The notes under the pieces: model-generated
The model's input: only the letters and a program-made list of their open reading frames with translations
Database searches by the model: none
Told to the model about the DNA's origin: nothing
NCBI RefSeq assembly: GCF_963921235.1
Contig: NC_086097.1
Span: forward strand, 27,282,001 to 27,346,000
DNA from: Mobula hypostoma
Taxonomy: Eukaryota
Length of the DNA stretch: 64,000 nt
Reading direction: 5' to 3'
Shown here: in pieces, positions 47,880 to 61,105 of the stretch
How positions within the stretch are numbered: the first letter of the stretch is position 1
How the letters are laid out: each line of letters opens with the position of its first letter
Position numbers and translations under genes: made by a program

Positions 47880-48135
47880 TCTCCTCATTGATGGTAGTAA
47901 GAAGAGGGTATATCCTGGCTGATGGGGTCCTTAATGACGGCTGCCAGCTTTCTGAGGCATTGCCTTTTGAAGATGCTGAGGAGGCTAGTTCCCATGATGG
48001 AGCTGGCTGGGTGTGCAACACTTTGCAGTTTTTTCTGACCCTGTGCAGTGGCCCCTCCATACCAGTTGGTAATACAACTAGTTAGAATGCTCTCCATGAT
48101 ACATCTGTAGAAGTTTTTTGTGACATAGTAAATCA
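47880..48135 (-). mobile_element. L2/Rex-Babar-type LINE fragment
   Basis: NFYRCIMESILTSCITNWYGG...KKLQSV (ORF 47885-48136). Confidence 0.75.
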
Positions 48136-48139
48136 CCTC

Positions 48140-48530
48140 AAATTCTTCACCTCCTCAGAGAAATCTCTTACCCGCAACAGCCCATCACCTTCCTCTGGTG
48201 TACCTCCACCTTCCCTTTCTCTCATGGTCCACCCTCCTCTCCTATCAGATTCTTTCTTCTTCAGCTCTTTACCTCTTCTGCTTATCACCTCCCAGCTTCT
48301 CACTTCATCCACCTCTCCTCCATCCACCCATCTTCCTCCTCACTTGCCAGAATGTGCCATTCCCCTCCATACACCTCCTCTATTCTGGCTTCTTCCCTTC
48401 ATTTTCAATCCTGATGAAGGGCTCACCCGGAAACATCAATTGTTTATTCTCCTCTGTAGATGCTGCCTGACACTTGAATTCGTCCAGTGTTTTGTGTGTT
48501 GCTCTGGATATCCAGCAACTGCAGAATCAG
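48140..48530 (+). mobile_element. Older PLE 3' fragment with hammerhead remnant (~48407-48442)
   Basis: aatcctgatgaagggctcacccggaaacatcaatt plus tail. Confidence 0.65.
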
Positions 48531-49734
48531 GTAGATGCCACCTGAGACTGTCCTCCTTACGATCCACATCACCAATATTTTTGTATGTAGGGGATTAGAG
48601 TAAATAGGTGGCTGATAATGGTCCTTTTTCTGTGCTGCATGACTTCATGACTCCAAGTTTGATGGATCACATAATATCAGGCCTGCTTAATTCACATGCG
48701 TCATCTCACTGTGAAAAACTTGACAATGATGAGATCTTGTGAAAGGGGCCAGGTCGGCAGACTACTCTGTCCGTGGACCTTTAACAGGTCCTGGTTTTAA
48801 GAGTGGCAAATATAAATTTGCAATAACATGAACCATTTCAAATGAGCCTTCTTGGCACCATGACATTATCTGTGCACAGAACAACTAATCATTTTCTGTA
48901 AGCTTGTATTTAGCTGAAGACGGAAAAGAAAAAGGTTGACAGAAATATCTAGTTGGCTGTATTTGAATATATGATATTCATAAGAATATTAAGTTGAGCT
49001 TCAAATGCTAGAATTATATAACCACACAAAAAGTAACCTTTCACGTTAAATGCATTTATAGTCTAACCCAGAACTTCGATCAATTGACAGCTCCGCTATT
49101 AAAAATCAGAGTCTGGTACATACAGGTTACAGCCGGCTGGTTCTGAACTCAACGAACCCTTTAGCGGCCGTAGCGAGAGCTTTTGCACATTGATCTCCCA
49201 AGGGCTTTCTCGTTTGTTAAGGAGTAGCTCTGTTGCGATTAAATCCCAGCTGACATTGTGCTGAGTGGCTTCCCCTGTGCTTGTGCATTTGGAGAGTGGA
49301 GACTAGACCAGAGTGCTAACTAGGTCTGCCTCTGGCCTACACTTCCATCATAACGTACCCCCACTATGCAGGCCATGCTCTCTTCTCACTTCTGCCATTG
49401 GGAAGGAGATACAGGAGCCTTAGGTCACACACCACTGGGTTTAGGCTTCAACCATCAGGCTCCTGAACCAGCGTGGATAACTTCACTCACCCAACACTGA
49501 ACTGATTCTACAACTGATGAACTCATTATTATTTTATTTGCACAGTTTGCCTTCTTTTGCACTTCGGATGTTTGTCAGGCTAAGTGTAGCTTTTCATTGA
49601 TCCTATTGTATTTCATTGTTGTACGGTGATGAAATGAATTTCAAGGTCGTATAAGGTGCCATATAGTATACGTATTTTGCTAATAAGTTTACTTTGAACT
49701 TTAAACATTTTGATTTTTAGAAGGAATAAAGGCA

Positions 49735-50490
49735 TAAACTACTTTCTATATGAGGAGAAAGTTCAGAAAACTTAGGAGTCCTCGTGCAGGATTCCCTAAA
49801 GGTTAACTTACAGGTTGAATCAGCAGTAAGGCAGGCAAATGCAGTGTTAGTGCTCATTTCAAGAGGGCCTAGAATATAAAAGTAAGAATGTAATACTGAG
49901 GTTTTATAAGGCATTGGTCAGACCACATTTGGAATATTGTGAGCAGTTTTGAGTCCAGTATCTAAGGAAGATTGTGCTGGCATTGGAGAGAGACTAGAGG
50001 AGGTTCATGAGAATGATCTTGAGAATGAAAGAGTTAACATACGAGGAGCGTTTGATAGCAATGGTCTGTATGGTGAAGTTTAGAGAATGGAGGGGGGGTG
50101 AGGGAATCTCATTGAAAACTACTGAATATTGAACGGCCTACATAGTGATGATGGGCACAGAATGTTTCCAATAGTGGGAGAGTCTAGGACCAGAGGGCAC
50201 AATCTCGGAACAGAAGGACGTCCCTTTAGAACAGAGGTGAAGAGGAATTTCTTTTACCAGTGGTTGGTGAATCTGTGAAATTTATTGCCACTGACAGCTG
50301 CGGAGGCCAAGTCATTGGGTATATTTAAATTGGAGGTTGATAGGTTCTTGATTAGTAAGGGAGTTAAAGGTTATAGTAAGAAGGTAGAAGAATGGGGTTG
50401 AGAGGGAAAATAAATCAGCCATGATGGAATGCCAGAACAGACTTGATGGGCCAAATGACTTAATTGTGATTCTATGTCTTATGATTATGA
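49735..50490 (+). mobile_element. CR1 LINE 3' portion
   Basis: Collinear with 12330-13040. Confidence 0.8.
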
Positions 50491-50757
50491 TCTTATGATC
50501 TCCATTTTCTAGCTGATATATTAACCTGAGATCCTGTTTACTCTCTCAGGCAGAGGTAAAAAATCCCAAGGCACTATTGCAAAGAAGAACAAAAGAGTTC
50601 CCCTTGTATTTTGTGGAAAATTTATTTCACCGATCAATTGAAAAGAAGATTACTGTATTTCAATTTTAAAACATTTGGGATGTTCTGTGCTGTTCTGGTT
50701 GCTCCATTACAGGAAGGCTATTGAGGCATTGGTGAGGGTGCAGAAGAGGTTCACCAG

Positions 50758-50853
50758 AGTCCTGATGAAGGGTCTCACATTGAAATGTTGACTGTTTATT
50801 CCTTTCCATAGATGCTGCCTGACCTGCTGAGTTCCTCCAGAATTTTGTGTGTG
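50758..50853 (+). mobile_element. ~96-bp solo PLE terminal repeat inserted in a CR1 fragment
   Basis: Starts exactly at agtcctgatga; flanked by tcaccag / tcacaag (imperfect TSD); the CR1 phrase ttcaccaggatgctgcctgga is split around it. Confidence 0.7.
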
Positions 50854-51654
50854 TCACAAGGATGCTGCCTGGATGAGAGAGTACAAACTTGGGTTGTTTT
50901 GTCTGGAGTATTGGGGGCTGAGGGGAGACTAAGTTTCTAAAATTATGACATGCACTGATAGGGGAGGCAGTCAGGATGCTTTTCCCAGGGTAGAAATTGT
51001 AAACCTTTGAGGGAATAGCTTTAAGGTGAGAGGTGGAAAGTTTAAAAGAGATTCTGTGGGACGTTTCTTTTACACAAAGACCAAGAGGAGACCAAGAGAG
51101 ACTGAAAGACACTTGTGGTTTTGGAGGGTGGCGAAAGCTTGCTAGTAACAGCTGATCTGTCTGGGTAGGGAGTGATGAATGAGGACAATGGAGGAGAATA
51201 AACAATGAGGTACAAAATATTGGAGAAACAAAATGTTGTTGAAACTGGAAAACTGAAATAAAAAGTGAGAATGCAGGAAACTCAGCAGTTCTAACATGTC
51301 ACACAAAGGCAGAACCAGATTTAATGTTTCTGGTTGATGGCTTTTCATTGAAATTGGCCAGTATTGACATAAACTGGAAAGGCTGGATATCTGCAATAGT
51401 TGAATGTGACAATGAGCCCTGAGGGCTGTAGTGAATCAAAACAACAGATATGGTACTGTTCTGTGAACTTACGCTGTAGGAATCCAGAGTCAGAGAAGTC
51501 AGAGAGGAGTTGGAAGGAGAAATAAAGTGATAGGAAGCTTAGTGCTAGGAGGTGTTGCACTGCAAACCAGCCGCACAGTTTGTGTTTTGCACCTCCAGTG
51601 TATTGTTGAATATCATATGGGCAGTCAATACAGGACACTAAACTGGAAGAACTA

Positions 51655-52170
51655 CAAAGAGTCTTAGCACCTCATGGGAACAGGCCATTTGGCCCATCTA
51701 GTCTGTGCTGAATTGTTATTCTGCCGAGTCCCATTGAACCACAACTGGACCATAGCCCTTCATACCCCTCCCATTCATGCACAATATTTATCCAAACTTC
51801 TTTTTAATGTTGAAATCGGACCCACATCCACCACTTCCACTGGCAGCTTGTTCCACACTTATACCGCTCTCCAAGTGAAGAAGTTCCCCCTATGGTTCCC
51901 CTTAAGTATTTCACCTTTCACCCTTAACCCATGATCTCTAGTTCTAGTCTCACCAACCTGTTTCCATTTACTCTATCTATACCCCTCATAATTTTGTATC
52001 CCTCTATTAAATTTCCCCTCATTCTCTTGTACTCTAGGGAATAAAGTCCGAACCTATTCAACCCTTCCACATAACTTAGGTCCAGGAGTCCCGGCAACAT
52101 CCTGGTAAATTTTCTCTGTATTCTTATTGGCATATCTCCTATAGGTAGGTGACTCCAGAACTGCACACTC
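51655..52170 (-). mobile_element. CR1 LINE 3' portion
   Basis: IQRKFTRMLPGL...GLYSLEYKRMRGNLIEGYKIMRGIDRV. Confidence 0.8.
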
Positions 52171-52799
52171 GTGAAGTGGTGGTTAACGCAAACAACGCAT
52201 TTCATTGTGTGTTTCGATGTATATTCATGACAAATAAACTATAATCTTGAATTGAGAATCTTGCTGCTTCACCTGGAAGGAGTGTCAGGTTGAGGAGAGA
52301 TGAAAGGGCCAGTGATGCATCTCCAAGGCTTGTGTAGAGAAGTGCCTCGAGGAGAGGGCTTTAGTGGATATTTAAGGATGAAAAGGGATCCTTTGAAATG
52401 CTGAAAGTGGAATGGGGGGGGGGTGGAGTTGGAGTGTGGAGGTGCCATCGTTTGCAGAAATTATACAGGATAATAGGCAGCTCAGTACCGCTGCTGCAGC
52501 CTCGCAGTCCCAGTGACGGGAATTTAGTCCTGACTCCAGTGCTGACTGTGTTGAGTTTGTGATCGCGTGTTTCCCTCCAGTAGCAGGGCTCACTGGAAGC
52601 CAACAGTCACACAATGTTTTACAGCACTGACTGGAGGACTGAGGTATGATTCCTACTGCTGTCTTTAAGGAGTTTGTACATTCTCGCCGTGACTGTGTCA
52701 GTTTCCTCTGGGAGCTCTGGTTTCCGCAAACAAAGACATGCAGATTAGGGTTTGTGAGTTGTGGGCATGCTATATTGGCACTGGAAGTGTGGCGACATT

Positions 52800-53830
52800 T
52801 TTCAGCCCATTTTTCCGGCTGGTCCTGGTCCTGATCCTGCTGCAAGTTTTGATAGCCTTCCTCGCTGTCCACTACACCCCCAATCTTGGTGTCATCGGTA
52901 AATTTGCTGACCCAGTTTATCACATTATCATCTGGATTATTGATATAGATGAAAAACAACAACAGACCAATCCCTGTGGCACAGCACTAGTTACAGACCT
53001 CCAGTCAGAGAGGCAACCATCTTCTACCCCACTCTCTGGCTTCTCCCTCGAAGGCAATGTCTAATCCAATTTAGTACCCCTTCTTGAATGCCAAGCAATT
53101 GAACCTTCTTGACCAACCTCCCATGCAGGACCTTGTCAAATGCCTTGCTAAAGACCATGTAGACAACATCCACTGCTTTGCCTTCATCAACTTTCCTGAT
53201 AACCTCCTTGAAAAACTTTATATGATTGGTTAGACAAGACCTACCACACACAAAGCCATGCTGAATATCTCCACCCAGTTTCTGTCTATCCAAGTACTTA
53301 TATATCTGGTCACTTGGAATATCTTCCAATAACTTGCCCACTACTGATGTCAGGCTTACCAGCCTATAATTTCCTGGCTTATTCTTAGAACATTTCTTCA
53401 ACAATGGAACAACATTCAATCCACTGGCACCTCACCTGTGGCTAAGGATGTTTTACACATCCCTGAAAGTTCTGCACTAGTCTCCCAGAAGGTCTGAGGG
53501 AACACATTGTCAGCTCCTGGGGACTTATCCACCTTAATCTGCCTCAAAGCAGCACACTTCCTCCTCTGTAATCTGTATACTGTCCATGACCTCACTGTTT
53601 TTTGCCTCACTTCGATAGACTCTGTGTCCATCTCCTGAGTAAATACATATGCAAAAAATCCATTTAAGATCGCCCCCATCTCTTTCGGTTCCATGCATAG
53701 ATGGCCACTCTGATTTTCCAGGGGACTAATTTTGTTCCTTGTTATCCTTTTGTTCCTAATTTATCTGTAGAAGACCTTGGGATTCTCCTTCATTTTGTCT
53801 GCCAGAGCAACCTCATGCCTTCTTTAAGAT
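52800..53830 (-). mobile_element. CR1 LINE RT fragment
   Basis: KSPGADNV, NYRLVSLTSVVGKLLE, VDVVYMVFSKAFDKV, WVSKFTDDTKIGG. Confidence 0.85.
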
Positions 53831-54062
53831 TCCTCCCCCTTCCCCCACCCACCCACCTTCCCCATCACCTGGTTTCATCTATCACCTGCCAACTTGTACT
53901 CCTTCCCCTCCCCCCACCTTATTCTGGCTTCGTCCCCCTTCCTTTCTGGTTCTGATGAAGGTCTCAGCCTGAAACACTGACTGTTTACTCCTTACCATAG
54001 ATGCTAACTGACCTGCTGAGTACCTGTAGTATTTTGTGTGCGTGTTGCTCTATATTTCCACA
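53830..54062 (+). mobile_element. Older PLE 3' fragment with hammerhead remnant (~53948-53982)
   Basis: tctgatgaaggtctcagcctgaaacactgact plus tail. Confidence 0.65.
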
Positions 54063-54663
54063 TAATGATTTGCAGGATGGTGACTTTGATAGAAGTGTAT
54101 TTCTTTCTTTGTGCAAGCCCATGAAAGCACTGAGGCTCTTTTTTACAGGATCCACTCTTTGCTTGTCAAAATACTGTGTCAGTGTTTAGTGCTAAGATCA
54201 GCATTCTACATTTCGTGTATGCAGTGATAATTGTGATGGAATGGCAGAACACGGTACTACTTTGAAAAGTAAAGAATGCAGAAATTTAGCCACAGAGCCT
54301 TGGACAGCAGGGAAACAGGCACCTCAGCAAACGGTGGGATTCGTATTGGTAGGCATGATGGAATGCCTGAAAATGGAATTCCTTTAAAAAGTAAATAATC
54401 CGAAAATTTAGCCACAGAGCCTGCGACAGGCCCTTCAGTCCATGATGACCATCAGGTACATCGAAACATGCAGTAAAAAGCTTATTTTTGCATCAACGAC
54501 CAACACAGTCCAAGGATTGTGCTGAGGTCCACAAGTGTTGCTACGCTTCCAGCTCAAACACAGCACGCCCAACTCACTCACCTGAACTCTAACCCATACG
54601 TCTTTGAGATGTCGGAGGAAACAGGAGCACCTGGAGGAAACACACGGGGTCACAAGGAGAATG

Positions 54664-55563
54664 ATACAAAGGTTGGAGGTGTTGTCGATAGTGTGGAGGG
54701 TTGTCAGAGGTTACAGCAGGACATTGATAGGATGCAAAACTGGGCTGAGAAGTGGCACATGGAGTTCAACCCAGATAAGTGTGAGGTGGTTCATTTTGGT
54801 AGGTCAAATATGATGACAGAATATAGTATTAATGGTAAGACTCTTGACAGTGTGGAGGATCAGAGGGATCTTGGGGTCCGAGTCCATTGGACACTCAAAG
54901 CTGCTGAGCAGGTTGACTCTGTGGTTAAGAAAGCATACAGTGCATTGGCCTTCATCAATCGTGGGATTGAGTTTAGGAGCCGTGAAGTAATGTTGCAGCT
55001 TTATAGGACCCTGATCAGACCCCACTTGGAGTACTGTGCTCAGTTCTGGTCGCCTCACTATTAGAAGGATGTGGAAACCATAGAAAGGGTGCAGAGGAGA
55101 TTTACAAGGGATGTTGCCTGAATTGGGGAGCATGCCTTATGAGAATAAGTTGAGTGAACTCAGCCTTTTTTCCCTGGAGCGACGGAGGATGAGAGGTGAC
55201 CTGATAGAGGTGTATAAGATGATGAGAGGCATTGATTGTGTGGATAGTCAGAGGCTTTTCCCCAGGGCTGAAATGGCTAGCATGAGAGGGCACAGTTTTA
55301 AGGTGTTTGGAAGTAGGTACAGAGTAGATGTCAGGGGTGAGTTTTTTACACAGAGAGTGGTGAGTGTGTGGAATGGGCTGCCAGTGACGATGGTGGAGGC
55401 GGATACGATAGGGTCTTTTAAGAGATTCCTGGACAGGTACAGGGAGCTCAGAAAAATAGAGGGCTATGGGTAACCCTAGGTAATTTCTAAGGTAAGGATG
55501 TGTTTGGCACAGCATTGTGGGCCGAAGGGCCTGTATTGTGCTGTAGGTTTTCTATGTTTCTGT
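54664..55563 (+). mobile_element. 5'-truncated CR1 LINE inserted in a minus-strand V-SINE, 7-bp TSD
   Basis: DTKVGGVVDS...RPHLEYCAQFWSPHY, RMRGDLIEVYK; tail tttctatgtttctgt; TSD gagaatg at 54657-54663 and 55564-55570. Confidence 0.9.
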
Positions 55564-56309
55564 GAGAATGTACAAATTCTCTACAGTCAGTGGTCAGAAT
55601 CAAACCCTGATTGGTGATGATGGCGCTTTAAAGTGATTGTGTTACCACTATGCCACTGTGCTGCTTATTCCCCTCCACAGATGCTGCCTGACTTGCTGAG
55701 TTCCTCCAACATTTTGTGTGCATTACCCTCTTAGACTAATTCTATTTTTAAGATTTCCCCACATTTCCATCAACTGTCCCCAGATCCTAACACCTACCTC
55801 CACATTAGGGGCAAATTTCAGATTCATATTCAGCCTCTGAATTATTTATCACATGTACATCAAAACATACAGTGAAATGTGTCAATTGTGTTAACAACCA
55901 ATACACCCAAGGATGTGCTGGGACAGCCCACAAGTGTCGCCACACTTGCCACCAACATAGCATGCCCATGAGGCTTGGCAGAACAACAAAGGACACCACA
56001 AAACAGAACGTACCAAGTAACAAAGCACCAACAGTGAACCAAGCCCTGCTTTCCCCCTCTCCCATGCCCCATTAGCCCAGAACAGGCCCTTAAAATGTAA
56101 ATTTTAAACTCTACGGTGGCCAATTAAACTGCCAACATGTCTTTTGCATGTTGTTGGAAATCCATGCAGTCACAGGGAGAACGTGTAGACTCCATGTGCA
56201 AAGTATAGGACCTCAGGATTCGATGGAGCCATGAGGCAGCAGTACTTACCCGCTGCACCATTGTGCTGCCCCTACACTTTACTTATTCTTTTTCCTGCCT
56301 CTGTCTTTC

Positions 56310-56612
56310 CATGGTATCGCAGCAGTTAGATTTTACAGCGTCAGTGATCAATGAGCAGGGTTCAATTCACTCTGCTGCCTGTAAGGAGTTTATACGTTCT
56401 CCCCATGGGTTTCCTCCCACATTCCAAAGACATACAGATTAAGGTTAGTAAATTGTAGGTATGCTATGTTGCATGCTGGAAGCATGACGACACTTGCAAG
56501 CTGTCCCCAGCACATCCTCGGACTGTGCTGGCTGCTGACAGAAATGATGGAATTCACATTATGTTTCGATGTTTCAATATACATATGACAAATGAAGTTA
56601 TCTTTATCTGTC
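56310..56612 (+). mobile_element. V-SINE-type tRNA SINE
   Basis: gggttcaattc B box; ctgtaaggagtttatacgttctccccatgggtttcctcccacattccaaagac. Confidence 0.7.
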
Positions 56613-57254
56613 CCTTTCTGGAGTACTGCTTCTCGGGCAACAGGTAGCTTCCAATACCAGGGTGATCTCACCTTGTCTGAAACAGAAGTGGTTCTTAAAG
56701 GTCTGTTTAAACACACTCATTGCATTTGTGCCCTTACCCTCATGAATACACCCAGCGGTATCAAAATAACTTGCAGTTATATAGTGTCATCGACACATGA
56801 CATTTTATAAGTCAAAGTCAATGTAAATTTAGATATCTTTCCAAAGAGAAAAGCTCTAACTCCCTCAATCTTTCCTTCTAAGACATGCTCTCTAATCCAG
56901 GCACCACCTAAGCAGATTTCCTCAGCACCCTCTCTAAAACTTCCACATTCTTCACTAGAAGAACCAGAACTGAACACAATACTCCAAGTCTGGCCTAACC
57001 AGTTTTACATTACTTTGCGGCTCTTGAACTCAATCCCCCAACTAATAAAAGCCAAAGCATCATACATTTTCTCAGCCACCCTATCAACTTGCGCAACAAC
57101 TTTTGATCTATGGATGTGAACCCTAATATCCTTCTATTCCTTCATACTGCTAAGAATCCTGCCGTTAACTCTGTATTCTACCTTCCAGGTTTACCTTCCA
57201 AAGTGTGCTGTGACAAAGGTAAACACACAGAAAATTTGCATCTGCCAAATTAGA

Positions 57255-57772
57255 CAGATGATACCACCTCATATTTCGTCTGGGTAGCCTCCAACTTGAT
57301 GGCATGAACATCGATTTCTCTAACCTCTGGTAAGTTTTCCTTCCCCTTCCTCTTCTCTCCTCCTCCATTCACCATTCTGGCTTCCCTCTTACTTCTCCTC
57401 ATCTGCTTATCACCTCCCCTTGGTGCCCCACCTCCTTCCCTTTCTCCCATGGTCCACTCTCCTCTCCTGTCAGATGCCTTCTTCTGCAGCCATTTACCTT
57501 TTCCACCTATCACCCCCTACCCTCCCCATCTCCCCACCTTCCCCTCACCTGGTTTCAGCTATCATCTGCCAGCTTGTACTCCTTCCCTTTTTCCCACCTT
57601 CTTATTCTGTTTTCTACCCCTCTCCTTCCTTTCTAATCCTAATGAAGTGTATTGGCTTGAAATGTCAGCTGCTTATTCCACTCCATCGAATCTGCCTGAG
57701 CTGCTGAGTTCCTCCACCATTTTGTGCATATGGTCTGGATTTTCAGCATTTGTAGGATCTCTTGTATTTATG
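57255..57772 (+). mobile_element. Older PLE 3' fragment (GIY-YIG end through pLTR)
   Basis: catatttcgtctgggtagcctccaacttgatggcatgaacatcgatttc matches 15830-15880. Confidence 0.75.
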
Positions 57773-58171
57773 AGACAGATGATATCGTGGGTGTTGGAGA
57801 CACAAGAGACTACTGGTGATGGAATCTAGAGCAACACAAAAAAGCTAGAGGAACTCACTGGGTCAGACAACATCTATGGAGGGAAATTGACAGTTGATGT
57901 TTCAGGACCAGACCCTTGCTTTTGGAGTTTGTAGTAACATGGGCTGATGAGGTGGGAAGTAAAGGCTGGGTTCCTACTCCATGACAACTCTTCAGCAACC
58001 CTATACACAATGCTGAGAGTGAGCGCAAGAGGAGATCAGAATGTGTTCTCTTCGTCAAAGAGATTATCTACCTGTTAATACAATGGTAATTTTGGGAGCT
58101 AGCGGCATGTGAAATGCCAACACATTTTCCATACAGAAGTATATGAAATTGCATGAGGCATTGATTAAGTA

Positions 58172-58492
58172 GACACAAGAGATTCTGCAAATGCAGAGCA
58201 ACACACACAAAATGCTGGAGAAACTCAGCAAGTCAGGCAACATCTACAGAAAGGAATAAACAGTTGATGTTTTGTGCTGAGACTCTTAATCAGGACTAGA
58301 AAGAGGGAAGAAGTTAGAATAAGAAGATGGGGGGGGGAAGGTAAGGAGTACAAGGTAGAAACCAGCTGAGAGGAAAAGTAAGTGGTTGGTGAGTTGGGAT
58401 GAGGTGAGAAGTTGGGAAGCTGGGAGGTGATAGGTAGAAAAGCTAAATGGCTGAAAAAGAGGGAATACGATAGGAGAGGAAAGTGGACCATT
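58172..58492 (-). mobile_element. Older PLE 3' fragment with decayed hammerhead (58262-58297)
   Basis: Same pLTR tail in reverse orientation. Confidence 0.7.
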
Positions 58493-59439
58493 GAAAAAGT
58501 TTTAATACCTCTACAGTAAAGAAACAGTATTGATACTGTTTCCTCACGGTAGGGGTATTAAAAATAGGACAGCAGCAATTTAAGGTGAGATGAAGATTTA
58601 GAGGGGACCCGAGAAGAAAACTTTATTTTTATACAGAGTGGTTGATACCTGCTACCAAAGCAGCTGGTGGAACCATGATGTTTAAGGAACATTTAAATAG
58701 GCACTTGAATAGGCAAGGCATAGAAGCTTATAGGCTTAATGCAGGCAAATGGGATTAGTGCCGATCCACTTCAAGGTCAAAGTAAATTTATTATGAAAGT
58801 ATGTATATGTCACAATATACTACCTTAGATTAATTTTCTTGCAGGCATTTCCAGGAACATAAAGAAATACAATAGAAGGTATGAAAACTATATAGAAACA
58901 AAGACTAACAACCAACCAATTCACAAAAGAAAAAGAATAATACATAATAAAAATAAATATTATTGAGAACATGAGTTGTAGAGTATAGACAAATGGTCAG
59001 TATTAATACTCCCCACATCTGAATACATCTTCAGGAGGTGGTGTCTCAAGAAGCCAACGTCCATTATGAGGACCCTCACCATCCAGGATATTCATAAACA
59101 ACTTCTTCCTTTTTTCCCTGCACCATTTATTTATTTTTGTAAGTTAAAGCAATTTTATATATTACACTGTACTGCTGCCACAAAACAATAAATTTCATGT
59201 CACTTAAGTCAGTGATAACCTGATTCTGATAATTATGTCTCTACGGGCTTGACTACTCATGGCATCAATGGATTAGGAAGAGTGAGGAAGAGATGTCAGA
59301 GGTGCGTAGCACAAAGAAACTCAATAACTGCAATAAAACTACCATTATTATTTCAGATGGTGCCTCAACTCCAGCACACTGTCTATTGTCATTGAAACAC
59401 CCACCGAACTGTTATTTTGCCTGGTCAATCAATGGCTCA

Positions 59440-59950
59440 GGAAACAGAACAATACAGCACAGTACAGACCCTTAGGCCCACAATGTTATGCTGACACTTT
59501 AATCTATTCTAAAATCAATCTAACCCTTCTCTCCCACATAGCCCTCCATTTTTCTTTCATCCATGTGCCTGTTTAAGAGTCTTTTAAATGCCCCTAATTT
59601 ATCTGCCTCTACCAGCATCCCTGGTAGAATGATCTCTGTACCCTCTGCTCTCTGTGTAAGAAACTTACCACTGACATCACCCCTATACTTTCCCACAATC
59701 ACCTTAAAATTACGTTCCTTTGTACTAGTTATCTCCGCCCAGAGAAAAAGTCTTTGGCTGTTCACTCGATCTATACCCCTTGTACACCCCTGTGAAGTCA
59801 CTTCTAATCTTCCTTCACTCTGAAAAGAAAAGCCCAATCTCGCTCAATTGATCCAGGCAGCATCCTGGCAAATCTCCTCTACACCCTCTCTAAATTTTCC
59901 ATATCCTTCCTATAATAAGATGACTAGTACTGAACACAATATTCCAAGCA
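59440..59950 (-). mobile_element. CR1 LINE 3' portion
   Basis: RGIDRVNSQRLF...YRGDVSGKFLTQR (ORF 59520-59837). Confidence 0.8.
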
Positions 59951-60839
59951 AAACAGATTATGTTATAGCTGCAGTCAGAACACTGACCCGGAAGTACTTC
60001 ATGGCTGAGGAAGTTCCTCCTGGCTGATAGCCAGTGTATGCAAATAAGATATGTGAATGCCAATGAGTTTATTTGCTTTTGGCATTGCTGCTTGCAGGGA
60101 AAATACTGGGCATCAAGTACAACTGCAAAGCTTTACAAAACAGTGCCAAGAGACGTTTGAGAGAATGGAATGGGGCTCTGGTTTAGAACCCCTGCCAGAT
60201 GTAGGGCAGTAGTTGTTCACCCCTACAGCAAAGTACAACCAAGTGCAGAAACTCAATGTTATTCTTATACAAGAACAGTCTTTTGAAGTATATTACAGAA
60301 CCTCACATACTAGTCCATTACACAGTAGGAACAAGGACATAGAAGAAGCGACCAATCTTGAACATTGTAGCTCATCTTTTCCCTTATTTCCTTATGGCAT
60401 GCGTGGCCATTTGTCCCATCGGTTCTATACTATCTCTAAGAGCACAGAATCATGGAGCCGTAGAACAAAGAAGCAGGACACTTGGCCCACCGTGTTAATG
60501 CTGACCATCTTGCCTACTTATACTAATGCCACTTGCCTGCTTTAATTCCATAAACCCCGTTCCTTGGAGGAACTCAACAGACCAGGCAGCATCTATGGAG
60601 GGGAATAAACAGTCAATGTTTCTGGCCGTGTCCTTTCATCAGGACTCATAAGCATGTTCTGTGTTGCTCTGGATTTCCAACATCTGCAGAATCTCTTGTG
60701 TTCATCTCTCTGTGCCTTACTCATGGAAGTACCTGTCAAGATGCATTTTAAATTCCATTCCCTCATATTTTTCCCCTATATAACCTACTCTGTCACACGT
60801 GCCTATAAACTCTATAATGTTACCCTCTGCCGCTATGAT

Positions 60840-61105
60840 AACACAGTGGCTAGCGCAATGCTTTACAGCACCAGCAATTAGGGTTCAATTCCTGTCACGG
60901 TCTGTAAGGAGTTTGTCATGACTGCATGGGTTTCCTCCATGTGCTCCGATTTCCTCCTACATTCCAAAGACATATGGGTAGGTTAGTAAATTGTAAGCAT
61001 GCTATGTGTTTACCTGAAGCATGACAACACTTGCAGGCTGTCCCCAGCACAATCTTCAGACTGTGTTAGATGTTGAAGCAAACAAAGCATTTCACTGTGT
61101 GTTTT
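60840..61105 (+). mobile_element. V-SINE-type tRNA SINE; its tail resumes at 63665-63712 after the PLE insertion
   Basis: gggttcaattcc B box and V-like block; split tail tcactgtgtgtttt...gatgtt...catgtgacaaattaagctaat. Confidence 0.75.
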
